From contig OZ024740.1 in assembly GCA_964016885.1 (NCBI GenBank), positions 289,044,001-289,108,000 of the forward strand: DNA of 64,000 nucleotides. The letters are read 5' to 3'. The notes beneath the pieces are model-generated. The model saw nothing but the letters and a program-made list of their open reading frames with translations. It was not told where the DNA came from and ran no database searches. Both the position numbers and the translations under genes were made by a program. The stretch is from Eledone cirrhosa (lineage: Eukaryota). How positions within the stretch are numbered: position 1 is the first letter of the stretch; each line of letters opens with the position of its first letter. Positions 51,143 through 63,828 of this stretch are shown here, in pieces.

Positions 51143-53160
51143 GAAGCGCAGACATGCGCCATTCTCGACAGATCCATCCACGACAACCTCCACCTCATCC
51201 GATACATCGTGGAACGAGTAGCTAGGGAACCTGGCACGGGTGGGTCCTTGATCAATTTAGATCAGTCGAAAGCTTTCGATAGGGTCGACTATCGTTATCT
51301 GGCGGCAGTCCTGAGGGCGGCTGGCTTTGGGCCCGTCTTCAGAGGCTGGATCGCTGCCATGCACAGCGACATCTGCTCTGTGGTGAGAGTGAACGGTCAC
51401 CTTTCGGAACCGTTCAACATCATGCGCTCGGTCCGCCAAGGATGTCCCCTCTCATCCCTCTTGTACGTATTGACTCTCGAGCCATTACTGCACAAACTGG
51501 AGATGTTGAGGCGGTCCCGCGCGAACTAAGATGCGGAAGATCCATGTCACCATAGTGGTGTCGAACGCCAAACACATCGAGGCGATCGGCACTACACTAA
51601 GAGAATACGAAGCGGTGACAGGAGTAATGATCAACCAGGAAAAGTCGATGGGCCTGCAGCTCGGCACCTGGAGAAGCAGGTCCATGCCGTCCAACGGTGT
51701 CGTCGGGCGCTGGATGGACAGACCAGTTAAATTGTTAGGGGTCTGGTTCGGTCCGGACCTCCAGACGGACAAAAGCTGGGACGAGGTGACGTGCAGGGTG
51801 GCTTCTCTCACCCAGAAATGGGCGGAGAGAAAGCTATCCCTGAAAGGTCGAGCGGAGGTGGCTAACGCGTACATCACGTCCGTCATCTACTACCGCCTGA
51901 CCGTCGTGCTTTGTCCTAAGCCTCGCCTGACTGCGCTGGAGCATTTGCTCTTTCGCTTTTTGTGGAAGGGACGCGCTCCGATGGTCAGGCGGTCCATCTG
52001 CTGTCAACACCCGCTGCGCGGAGGGCTGGGCATGCCGTGGCTGATGATGCGCAGACACGCGCTCAGGCTACGACATCTCCACCTCTTCCTCAACGGTGAT
52101 CAGGTGTGGTCGCTGTTTGCTAGACGCGTCTATCCCCAGCTCGTCTCCTTGATGGAGCTGCAGTCCTGGGTCAAGCGAAGATCGAGAGGGAGCGCTTGGA
52201 GACTGGAATGTCTTCAGGCGCTCACACAGGCCTCGGCCAATTGGACAATGTGATCGGTGGAAACTCCACCTTGGCGTTCTATAGAGGATTAGTGGAGGGG
52301 AAGAGCGACGACGTACTTGGAGAAACTCTAGGCGTCAACGAAAATCAACTAGCCAATCTCTTCGGAAGAACTTTCGGGCCAGGGCCTATGGACAACTTCC
52401 AGAAATCCCTGGCCTGGCAGTGCTACCGAGGAGCTTTGCCAGTTCGGGATAAACTCTACAGGCATGGAGGTGCCGTCAGCCGGGCATGTCTGAGATGCGC
52501 GCAAGGCGACGAAACCGTTCTGCATGCACTCGTCCAGTGTCCGAGCATTGCTGACTTGTGGGTTTATGTCGAACACCTGCTGTCACGTGTAGAACAGATC
52601 CGACTATCAGCTGAGTCCATCGTGAGGATTGTCCTGCCCTCTTCCTTTAGCCGGGAAGGGCAGGCAGTTTTTATCTGTCTAGTGGCCATGGCGAAAGAGA
52701 TAGTATGGTGGACACGTCTGAAAGGGCTGAAGACGAGCACTTACCTCTTCGGTGATGCCCTGATTAACTTTTTCAAATTTCATTTGAAAAGGAAAATCAG
52801 GGTAGAGAGGGCGGTGCTCTCTTCCCAGCTTTTTGTTGAAAGATGGTTGAGAGAGGCAAGAATGGCCCGAGTGAGTGGACATACTCTGAGTATATGCCTG
52901 TAAATTGAAGGTGGAAAACTGGGAGAGGACAATTGCCCTGGTGGTCAGGGTCACCGTGGCTTTTTAATGGGCTTTCTCCACGAAGGCCCTCGGAAGTCTC
53001 CCCCCTATTGGGGAATCTTTTCATTGTTCTATTATTACATCCTCTGTTTTTTTTTTTTTTTTACACGCAGAAATGCCCTTTTGTACCGTCCTGTATTGTC
53101 CTGTACTGTCCTTAATGTCTACTTTGTGTAAACCCTTGTGGTTAATAAAGAAAGCATTAT
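51143..53160 (+). mobile_element. Tx1/L1-clade LINE, 5'-truncated, GC/CpG-rich, with intact 3' end
   Basis: LINLDQSKAFDRVD, SVRQGCPLS, VKLLGVWF, LSLKGRAEVAN, RGGLGMP, CLRC...ETVLHALVQC (CCHC). The YADD region is deleted near 51540. 3' UTR with aataaa and an (ATT)n tail. Confidence 0.93.
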
Positions 53161-53185
53161 TATCATTATTATTGTTATTGTCTGC

Positions 53186-53310
53186 GTTCAAATCCCGCCG
53201 AGGTTAACTTTGCCTTTCATCCTTACGGGGTCGATAAAATAAAGTACCAGTAATGCACTGGGTAATTGCTGGCCTTGTGCCTAAAGTAGAAACAATTATT
53301 ATTATTATTG
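53186..53310 (+). mobile_element. 5'-truncated young SINE inserted in the Tx1 (ATT)n tail
   Basis: gttcaaatcccgccgagg...ccttgtgcctaaagtagaaacaattattatt. Confidence 0.92.
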
Positions 53311-53388
53311 TCATTATTATATTTTTTTCCCTTTTTTTTTGTGCAATGGCCATACTCGAGAACTAGGGGGCAGCCATCATATATGTAT

Positions 53389-53427
<39 letters not shown>

Positions 53428-53439
53428 AGCTCTCAAATG

Positions 53440-54365
53440 TTCAGAAGTTTCACTGGATGTGGTAAAAAAGCTTTTGCTATGTAGATGATCTCATTGGTCA
53501 TGATGGTGCATGTACTGAAAGTGTTGTAGCTGTGTAGACAGGGTGAGAATGGGGTGGAAGAAGTTCAACGAGCTATTACCTTTACTTGCACCAAAAGGCT
53601 TCTCTCTCAGTGTTCAAATGGCAGTGCTGCATGGCAGTGAAACATGGGCCTTTAGTGCATGTGATTTGCATTAGCTAAAAAAAAGATAAACAAAAACAAA
53701 GCAAGCATGTTTTGTTGGATGTGTGATGTTAGTAAACCAAGAGAAACGTTGAGTATTAGGGATTGAATGTAGCATAGAAGAGAGATGCTTGCACTTGTTT
53801 TGTCATGTGGTATATATAAGAAGAATGAGTGCTGCAAAAAATGTGTCAAGCTCTTAAAGTGGATGGAACCTGTGGAAGAGGGAGACCAAGGAAGACATGG
53901 GATAGAGTTGTAAAGAATCACCTCAAGAAACTGAACTTCACAAAAGAGATGACACTAGATGGAGCTGACTGGCAATATGACATAATACAAAAAACTACTC
54001 TACCAGTATAAGAACTACAACACTAAAAGTAAATGTGGTAAGGGTCCTGAATGAAAGTGTTTGGCAATTGAGCAGAGAAAATATAGGGTTTGAGAGGACT
54101 CTTCAGTGAGAAAGTACTGGTGCCAAAATAAAATGCACCCCGTCCACTTAGTAAAATGGTAGGGCTGATGCAACAAAAAAACCCACCCAGTACACCCTTT
54201 AAAGTTGTTAATGTTAGGAAGGACATCCAACCGCAGAAACCATGCTATATATGGAATGCCTGAGCAAGATGAGGTTGCTTTGACCTGTCTGGTCTTGAAC
54301 CATAACTCATCCAACCCAGGCTAGCATGGAAAGTGAACTTAAAAACAATATCAGTGATGATGATG
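53440..54365 (+). mobile_element. Decayed RTE RT 3' fragment plus bipartite RTE-derived element
   Basis: RVRMGWKKFNELLPLL, GTCGRGRPRKTW, then aggaaggacatccaaccgcagaaac and gctagcatggaaagtgaac...gatgatg. Confidence 0.8.
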
Positions 54366-54890
<525 letters not shown>

Positions 54891-56182
54891 TGCACACATA
54901 CTACCACAAACAACCAATTCATTTATGTGTATAATGCTGTGGTTGTGTCAAAGTTCTTTTTTTTCTTTTTTTTCATGAATTGTCTAATTTTGAGGTCATA
55001 CTCACCTCAAACAATTAGAGTTCACCTTCTATAAAGTTAACTAGCAATATGAATGCCTAGGTCAGAGTATTTAATGACAGGTTTTGGGTAAATATTGTTG
55101 GTGGAGCTGTAATTCTCTTTTGATTATTGTTTGTTTATTTATTTATTTTGTTTTATTTTGTTTTATGCCTGTCATTCAGTTTTATTAGAATAACTAATAT
55201 ATATTCCATGTTAGCTACCAGGAAACATGTCTGGAGTGTGACATTTTCAAAACTGTTTACTTTGCTCAGAGTAATTTAATAAGTTTCCATTGTTTCTCAT
55301 GAATCACTAAAACTATATTTCTGGTATTGTTGGAAAATCATTAAGTGATATCTTCATTGTTTCCAAATATTCATATCATGTTGACCTTTCAGCCAAGTTA
55401 CTGTCTTCTTTCCTAATTTGATTGTTTCATATATAAATATCTATAATGTTAATGGTCATGAAAGGCTGAGCACAAGTGAGCTGAAATAGATACTGAACAT
55501 TAGAGGGAGAGTCAGTTGTGCTGGTATAATGGCATAGACATGTGAGGTGAATGTGTGTTAAAAAGGAAAAGAGCTGGTCATCAGATTGAACTAAGGAAAC
55601 AATGTTTTCATTGGCTTTTCCTTTGTGGACACTATCTGCCTGTACAACCCCTGGCAAAAGGAGCAACATGAAATAAACTATTTTGTTTAAGAACACAATG
55701 TACCACCTGGTCTAGGAATTGAGTCCCTGATTTATTTTTACCATGAGTCCAACATCCTCACTATTATGTCATGTGCAATGCTGTGTGAAAAACTGGTGCA
55801 CATACAATGGAAGATATCAGCATGGGAAGAAGTTGTGAGATCAAATTTCAGGAAGCTGGACTTCACGGATGATTAATGAAATGTCAAGATGAGTGGGGAT
55901 ATACTGCCGAGCAAACTTGTGTAACTCTTGTCAACATGGAAAGATATGTTTAATCATTGATAATGAAAGAGATAGATGCTGTGGAAACTTTTTTAAAATT
56001 TACCCAAACATAAAGTATAAATGGGGAATTTGTGATATCCATGCTCAATATTGTCTATGGACTTTGCTATTTGAAATTTATAATTGTTTTCTTTCCAGTG
56101 AAAAGTTTATCATTTTCATATTAGAGACTATGGTAATTGAATGTGAGTTATATACTTCTTTCTTTTCATTCTTATTTTATAG

Positions 56183-56287
56183 AAGGGCCGTGTCCTTGAA
56201 CATAAGAAACGTTTCCATGAAGCTAAGGTGTATTTTGAAAATGCTATATCCATCAATCCTGGCCATGTAAAGAGTCTAGAACACTTA
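56183..56287 (+). CDS. TTC7B: TTC7-like exon F (TPR)
   Basis: Acceptor cttattttatag, donor gtaagt. KGRVLEHKKRFHEAKVYFENAISINPGHVKSLEHL matches TTC7B RGQIAELRGSMDEARRWYEEALAISPTHVKSMQRL. 105 nt. Confidence 0.95.
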
Positions 56288-56374
56288 GTAAGTAACTATT
56301 TATTGCATGGAGATTTTATTGTTGTATATAATTGATCTTTTAATTATAAAGTTTATATTTTGACTTTTTTTGCT

Positions 56375-56935
56375 TTGGTGTGCTCATGACCTTTGCAGAG
56401 CATCCAAGATCAAGGAGAGTGACACAGAAATTGTTCATCTTGAACTGTTGCATATCAATTGCTGTAGGAAAAAAACATATGTAGAGAGGGAATTCCAAAG
56501 ACTGACATTCTGGGCTAGGACTGTGGATCGTGATTAGTGCAGAGCAATATCAATGACAAGAGAGAAACAAATGGATTGAAATTACCCGAGTAGAGGTTGC
56601 CCAGAACTAGCTGGTCTGAGGTGCATTGGCCACTTTAGTAGTAATTGAAATGGCAGTGAGAGGAGACAGAACATATGTGAGCTACATGTTGAAGTGTATT
56701 GGTTAACAACTTCATGCCAATCTGTTTGGTAGTCTTACTTTAAATGTGATCTTGGTCAACCGTGTGTAGCAGTAGCACTGTCCCAGATGTGGGAGCAGTA
56801 ATCCATTGCAAGTTTCATCTGAGCTTTGCAGATGGTTAGTAGTTATAGGGATTCAAATATTTTTGAATCCTGCAGAAGACCAATCTTTGTGATGCATTGT
56901 GTCATTAAAACTAAATGTGGTGACAGGCTGGAGGC
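56375..56935 (-). mobile_element. CR1-type LINE 3' fragment
   Basis: Minus strand KAQMKLAMDYCSHIWDSA resembles CR1-group YKAQVRPxMEYCSHIWGGA. Confidence 0.7.
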
Positions 56936-57614
56936 TACAGTGTTAGCAATAAAATGGTGAGAATGTAGGGTTTGAGAGGATTCTTCAATCTGGACGAGCA
57001 TGTGACAACCTCTCTAGTACTGATGTGATGATAAAATGCACCCTGTACACCTTATAAAGTGTTGGTTCCACAATAAAACATACTCAGTCCAATCTTTTAA
57101 GTGGTAGTGCTAGTGCCATTAACAAATGTACCCAGTAAATCCTGTAAGGTGGTGGGCTTTAGGAAAGCATCCTGCCTTAGAAACCATGGAACATATGAGC
57201 AAGATGAGGTTGCTCTGACCTCTGGTATCATACCATGATAACCAGTCTAACCAACATAAAAAGCGGATGTAAAATGATGTTCATGATGATATCACCATCA
57301 TCATCATCATTTTATGTCTGCTTTCCATGCTGGCATAGGTTAGACAGGTTATTACAGTCCAAGTTAATTCCCATTGAGAGTTAGTGCCCAAATAAAAGAG
57401 TTGGAGGACCTCGTCTTATTCGAACATTCCATTTTGGGCATGACTTATACTGTTAGACACCCTTCCTAACACCAACCATTTAACAGAGTGTACTGGGTGC
57501 ATCTTTATTGCGGCACTAGCACTAGATAGAAGAGCGTATGAATGAGTGTAAAGGAAAACAGAATGCTAGGGCTGCTGTGAGGAAAGGGAGGAATAGTGGT
57601 AGCTACATGCATTA

Positions 57615-58897
57615 TATTGAGGTTGACGACTATAGGGTCAAAGAGGCAATTAAGGAAATGAAAAGTGGTAAGGCTGCTGGACCATCAAGGATAGTTATTG
57701 AGATGCTGAAGGCATCAGGAGAAGTAGGAACTAAACTGGTTGCACGCATAGTCAATCAAGTTATATATGGCAGAGTCATACCCAAAGACTGGTGCAGCAG
57801 TATTCTTGTAAACTGTTACAAAGGTAAAGTGGATGCTCTGGAGAAGAGCAATTGTAGGGGCATAAAACTGATGGATCAGGTTAAGAAAGTGACAGAAAGA
57901 GTGTTAGCACAACTAATTAGAGAAAGCGTCAAATTAGATGAGATGAGTTTGGTTTTGTGCCTGGGAAAAGTACAACAGATGCCCTCTTCTTAGTGAGATA
58001 ACTACAAGAGAGTTTCTTAGTGAAGAATAAGCCATTATATTTAGCTTTTGTTGACCTAGAGAAGGCCTTTGATAGAGTACCTCGATCTGTCATCTGGTGG
58101 TCCCTAAGGAAACTAGGTGTAGAGGAATGGCTTGTGAGGACAGTGCAAGCTATGTACAGAGGAGCTGTCAGTAAAGTGAGAGTAGGAATGAAGTTTAGTG
58201 AGGAATTCCAGATACAAGTAGGAGTTCATCAGGGTTCGGTCCTCAGCCCACTCGTATTCATTATAGTTCTCCAAGCCATAACAGAGGAGTTTAAGACTGG
58301 CTGCCCATGGGAACTTCTCTATGCTGACAATCTGGTACTTACAGCAGAACCAGTAGAGGAGCTAGAGAATAAATTCTGGCTTTGGAAACAGCAGTTTGAA
58401 TCAAGAGGACTGAGAGTGAACCTAGCAAAGACTAAAGTGTTGATAAGTAGGAAAGAGGACAAGACTCTGATTCCATTAGGGAAATGGCTATCCTCGATAT
58501 GTAGAAAAGGAGTTGGCATAAACTCTATAGAATGCAGATTTTGGGTACACAAGGAGTGTAGTAGGATAGCAGGCAAACTAACAGGAAGGGAAATGTTCAT
58601 ATGTAATAGATGTTCAGGGAAAATTGATAGTAGAAGTGTCAATGATAGGTACATTTTTCAAATTCAGGTAGGATCTATAGAGGTGGTTGATAGCTTCCGA
58701 TATCTAGGTGATCAGATTAGCAAGGGAGGAGGATGCTCTGAAGCCATATTATCTAGAATAAAGACAGGATGGAAGAAGTTTAGAGAGCTGCTTCCTCTGT
58801 TGACAACAAAGGGTTTCTCCCTACGAATGAAAGGTCAGTTATATGATGCCTGTGTGAGATCCCCGATGCCGCATGGTAGTGAGACATGGGCAGCAAC
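57615..58897 (+). mobile_element. RTE-clade LINE internal fragment (RT), same family as 15640-18850
   Basis: ORFs 57538-57993 and 58020-58907: FVDLEKAFDRVPR, GVHQGSVLSP, YADNL, FRYLG. Ends abruptly at gagacatgggcagcaact. Confidence 0.95.
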
Positions 58898-59096
58898 TTA
58901 TTTGTGAATAAACAAATAGTTTAAGCAAACACGAGAGTAAACCTAGGTCCTGTACTTTTATTGGCTCTTCAAGCAATAGTTAGTTCTGCATGTTATATTA
59001 TTGTAAATGGTTTCTGTTTGAAGAGCCAATAAAAGTGCAGGACCTAGGTTTACTCCCGTGTTTGCTTAAACTATTTGTTTATTCACAAATAAGTTG
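58894..59096. repeat. Long inverted repeat: 82-bp arms, 39-bp loop
   Basis: 58894-58975 is the reverse complement of 59015-59096 with 3 transition differences. Confidence 0.96.
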
Positions 59097-62000
59097 TATA
59101 TTTTATGGTTGTATAAAAGTTTGAGATAAGGTTGCTTTTTTTAAAATTGTAAATGAGTTATTTGTACATTCAATATTGAATATTTAGAAGTTAGGATATG
59201 GCATACTTACAGTTAGAACATTTCACATAGGTGTACTTGAATTTGAGTTTAAATTAATTTTTTGTTCCTTCTCCTGCTGACTTAGGAGGGTCAGATGAAA
59301 TACATCTGGTTGTTACTGACCAACTGACTATTACCTGTATATAGTTTATTTAAGTGAGATCCCTGTATGTGTGTGATAACTTGTAAACAGGTCAAGAGTT
59401 TACTTCACATCCATCTCATACCTGTGGTTTATGGCTTAAATCAATTGCTTTGAGAGGCGTGGTTCTTGCCAAGCTAGCTAGTATATTATTTTGAAAGAAA
59501 GAAAACATAACATTTCTGTAGACAACAACATTAGTAAGAACATTTCTTGTGACAATTTTGGCAACAACATAAACAATGACAGCAGTAGCATCATCAACAA
59601 CAACACACACACACACATTTTGCTAAGCAAGGTTGTTAAATGCACTGACATTGCTGGACAGGCAATTTTTTAACATAAATTGAATCTAGTCAGAAAAATG
59701 AAGTTTGACAATAGTGTATCACAAAAGTATATATCTAAGGAGAAAAGTAACATACAAAAAGCCCCACAAAAAGCAGAGGAGAGCTCAGTTTGCCCTCAAA
59801 ATGGCAACAAAAGGATGCTTTGGGACAGTTTAATCTCTTTCAACCAAGTTAGAGTATACTAAATTATTTGCCTTGGCTTCAAGACTGTTGGCAAAGTGAG
59901 GCAACAAGTCAAGTTGGTGTGCCACACAGATGTCCATAGGCTCATACTGCAGTACAATACAAGAATAAATCATGGTTATTCACAGTAACATTGTTAACTT
60001 TGACAAGCAACAACCACAGCAAGTACAGGAGGATGTTGAGTCAACAACACTATCAGTTGCATAACTAGTTGCCATTCAGAGAATGGTTGAAAACTTTGTG
60101 TTGTCTTCAAGACTGGAAACTGATAAGATCAAAGGACCCCTCCCCCCATTCTCTTGCAATGTTGGGGAGCAAAGTGGGATGGAAAAGAATGAAATATCAT
60201 TCATTGTCAAAAGAAAGAAAAGGAAGAAAGGACAGAAGAATGCCAAGCGAAAGCAGAAGGTATAGGTTCATGGTCATGTGATTGTGCAATGTGGCATTGT
60301 ATATTTTTTAATTATTGTTTTTTTATATAATCTATTTATTCTATATTTGATATATATATATATATATATAGTGTAACAAGCATCTTTACTCCTACCTTAA
60401 TTTTTATATAATTGTTTTGTTCACTCCTACAGGTTTTGCAATCCTTATGTAGTCATAATTATATGTATCAAAAGGCCATTGTAGAAATAATAAATAAATT
60501 ATTGTTGTTGTTATTGTTTACCATGAATGGATTCCTGTAAAATAACTTTGGTAAAATTGGATTTTCCCATGCCTGCTTGGTTCTTTTTACCAACAAAGGG
60601 CTACAGAATATTTAAACATCCACCTCATAACTTGGCTTATTCTTAGAGATTTCATTGTGTTCTATATTTCTGCAAACATCTGTTTTGCTTTTTTATTAAT
60701 AGTTCAGTATGGCAACCTCTGTTGTACTGAGACTAGTTGCTGGTCACAATGGTGAATATACTCTAAAAAGTTCTGTAAACACAGTAAGAGATTTTAAAAT
60801 GTTAAAAGTTTTTTTTTTAATGACAATTAAACAGACACAGATATAATTTGAGAATCCTAAAAGAAAAAAAATAGTGAAAATGAAACTTTAAACGACAATA
60901 ACAAAAGCATTGCTACCTCCAACAGCACCACATCATTTGCTAGTGTTGCAATCCAAAAAGAGATCATAGATATGAGTCAGCTCCAACAAAAGAAAGAATG
61001 TGGAAGAGGTATATTACAAAAAGAAGTGCCTTGTTGCTTAAGCAATTTTTCCAGGAAAGGACAATGTATCTGTTTTTCAAAAAATGGAAGGGATTCTATA
61101 TGCTTTCAAAAGAGGAATTGGAACAAGCCTTTGCCTATATATATGGTAGGATGAGTTCTCCATTGAAGATGAGTTAAAGAGACAAGCAGAGCTTGTGCAC
61201 CAAACACCTGCCGACATACTGGTGCCACAGTATTTAAGAAAAAGGAATACGAGGGTTGTAGTCAAAGATATTTGTACTAACAGTGATTCTTGGGTTGTCC
61301 ATTTTGTTGCACAGTATAGGCATGTAGTGAGCACAGAGGTGACCTGCAACATGTGGCTGGCTGGATTTGCATGGACATCCAAAGGCCACAATCTGCTTCA
61401 GAGTTGTACCTTATTGTTGGGGGGAAGAGGAAGTCAGATAAGTGGTGCAGAGCAGAAGGGCCAGGTGGTACATATGTGGGAGTTGAAAAACAAAAGAAAG
61501 GGTGAGCGTTAGATTACAAAAGAAGTAAGACCCTGAGTTGAAGACTGTGGCTGTAGTGGCAGGAGAAAGAAAAAACAGAAAGTAAAACCAAACAAATATG
61601 AAGAAAAAAGCTGGAAATCCTTCAAAGATGTGTCACATTTGTGGAGTACATGAAAGATTAACCATTGACTACTTTGTTTGGTGAAGGTGCTAAAAGATGA
61701 CAAATCACATGCTGTGCTTATTGAGGATGAAATGGGGGATGAATACTAGCAGCCCCTAGAGGATTGATGGTTGTTTAAGGTCAGTCTATTGAAAACTGAA
61801 GGACCATTATCCTGAGAATATACAACCATTAACAGTTTAACTAAGTCAAAAAATGCTCATGGGGAATTTCAGAGGACTCAGTTTGCAGAAGGTGATCAGT
61901 GTTATGGGTTAATCTCTCTAGCTATGATATCTTTTATTTAGACATAGTGTATATAGAACTACATTGTTCGGTATGTCTTTCCTTTTTTTAGACACTAAGA

Positions 62001-62186
62001 GAGATTTGACTGCTATTTCTAGCTGGTCAAGCACCCTTTTATGGGTTCTCATGCTAGCTTGAGGGCTAATATTATTGTAGATTTATCTAACCCATGAAGA
62101 AAATTGATTTGTAACATGTTGATGATGGTGACGGTGACGACAATGATTCTGATGATTACAATGATGATGATAATTGTCTGTTTCAG

Positions 62187-62278
62187 GGAAATGTATTACA
62201 TAACCTAGGGAATGACCGAATGGCTGAGAAAGTACTCCGTGAGGCAGTAAATGCTGACACTAAGTCACATCAATCTTG
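62187..62278 (+). CDS. TTC7B: TTC7-like exon G (TPR); the final coding exon(s) lie beyond the window
   Basis: Acceptor tgtctgtttcag, donor gtatgt. GNVLHNLGNDRMAEKVLREAVNADTKSHQS(W) matches TTC7B LAEKILRDAVQVNSTAHEVW. 92 nt. Confidence 0.94.
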
Positions 62279-62283
62279 GTATG

Positions 62284-62660
62284 TTTCTCTTCATTTTCTT
62301 CATATAATGCCACACTAAAGTACCACTGCTTTAACACTCCAATTGATCTTTCTCTTCTTTTCCCATAATGCCACACTAAAATACCACTGCTTTAACACTC
62401 CAATTGATCTTTCTCTTCTTTTCCCATAATGCCACACTAAAATACCACTGCTTTAACACTCCAATTGATCTTTCTCTTCTTTTCCCATAATGCCACACTA
62501 AAATACCACTGTCTTAACGCTCCAACTGATCTTTCTCTTCCCTTCCCATAATGTCACACTAAAGTACCACTGTCTTAACACTCCAACCGATCTTTCTCTT
62601 CTCTTTTCTTTCCATAAGGCCAATCTAAAATACCACTGCCTTTGCCCTCTGATTGATATT
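62284..62660. repeat. 61-bp minisatellite, ~6 units, abutting the exon G donor
   Basis: Unit ataatgccacactaaaataccactgctttaacactccaattgatctttctcttcttttccc at 62304, 62365, 62426, 62487, 62548 and ~62614. Confidence 0.95.
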
Positions 62661-62984
62661 TTTGTTCATATTGTCAATCTAATAATGAAACATTTTATTA
62701 AATTTTGTCTGAATTTCTGTGATGACACCATTATACTAAACAGATTGATTCAGACTAGTGTCCTCATCTTATTGATAACTATAGAATATAGGGTACAATG
62801 GCTGAGATGTTGTGACTATAACAACCAAGATGAGCACATTAGTCTGAATGAATCAGTTTATAATGGGAATTTATTATTATATTGGTCCAAAGTCACAAAT
62901 TTGTAGGAAAAGGACATATCAAAATGAATTAGTCCAGTTCATTTTATAGACAGAAGTAAGATGGGATTTGAACCCAGAGGATAA

Positions 62985-63460
62985 AATGTCACTGTGTGGA
63001 AGAAGTTCTGGGACTGAGTTGTGTGCTAATGAGAAGAAGAGTGTCACTGAAATTGAAAGGAAAATATGTGTGAGAAGTGGCAGGATTTATAGAAGCAAGA
63101 CATAAATGATGAACATGTAACAGCAGAGTAAGCTGGGAAGAATGGAAACGAGAATGGTCCAGTGAATGAGTGGTGTATCGTTCACAGAGAGAAAGACAAA
63201 CAATGAATTGTAAAGGATGATGGAAATAAAGCCAGTGATAACTTTTGAGAAATAGTATGAGATTGTTTGGTCATGTTGAGGAATGATGAAAGTGACTGGG
63301 TGAGAGGAGTGATGGAAATGAATGTGGAAAGAAGTAGAGGAAGAGGAAGAGGAAGAAAGACATGGCTAAAGATGATGGAGAAGGAAATGGAAGCCAGAGG
63401 TTTTGTGAGTGGGGATGCAGATGGGAACCAACAAAGCTAACCTCTGCTTTAGCTGGGAAA
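62985..63460 (+). mobile_element. Old RTE RT C-terminal fragment
   Basis: LRNSMRLFGHVE...DWVRGVMEMNVERSRGRGRGRKTW. Confidence 0.65.
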
Positions 63461-63828
63461 ATGGCCTTAAAATGCTTGTTGTTGGTTCAAAGCCATACAT
63501 TTTTAGGAAAGAGACCATACTAACTCAGCATTATCACAAATATCATTATCATCATCATCATCATTATCCATCCGTTTTCCTTGTTAGCATAGGTTGGATG
63601 GGTTGTCATGGTCCAAGTCAATTTTAGTTTGGAGTTACTCCTCTCATGGATGAATTGAGGGACCACATCATGTTTGTGTTTTCCAATTTTGGCATGGTTT
63701 CTGTACCCTTCCTAACACCAACCCCTTTATAGAGTGTACTGGGTGCATTTTATCATGGCACCTGCTATAGAGAGGCTGTCATACTCTACACAAGACTAAA
63801 AGTCCTCTCTATTCTACCTTGTCTTCAT

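Noticed and set aside
49894-53380. 40-bp direct repeat as TSD or LTR around the RTE+Tx1 block
   Set aside because: The two copies (49894-49940, 53341-53380) differ at several sites and look like independent RTE-type 3' termini.
60900-61900. Possible host exons or DNA-transposon ORF (60972-61512)
   Set aside because: Short stop-ridden frames with no recognisable motif; perhaps an ancient transposon, but not supportable.
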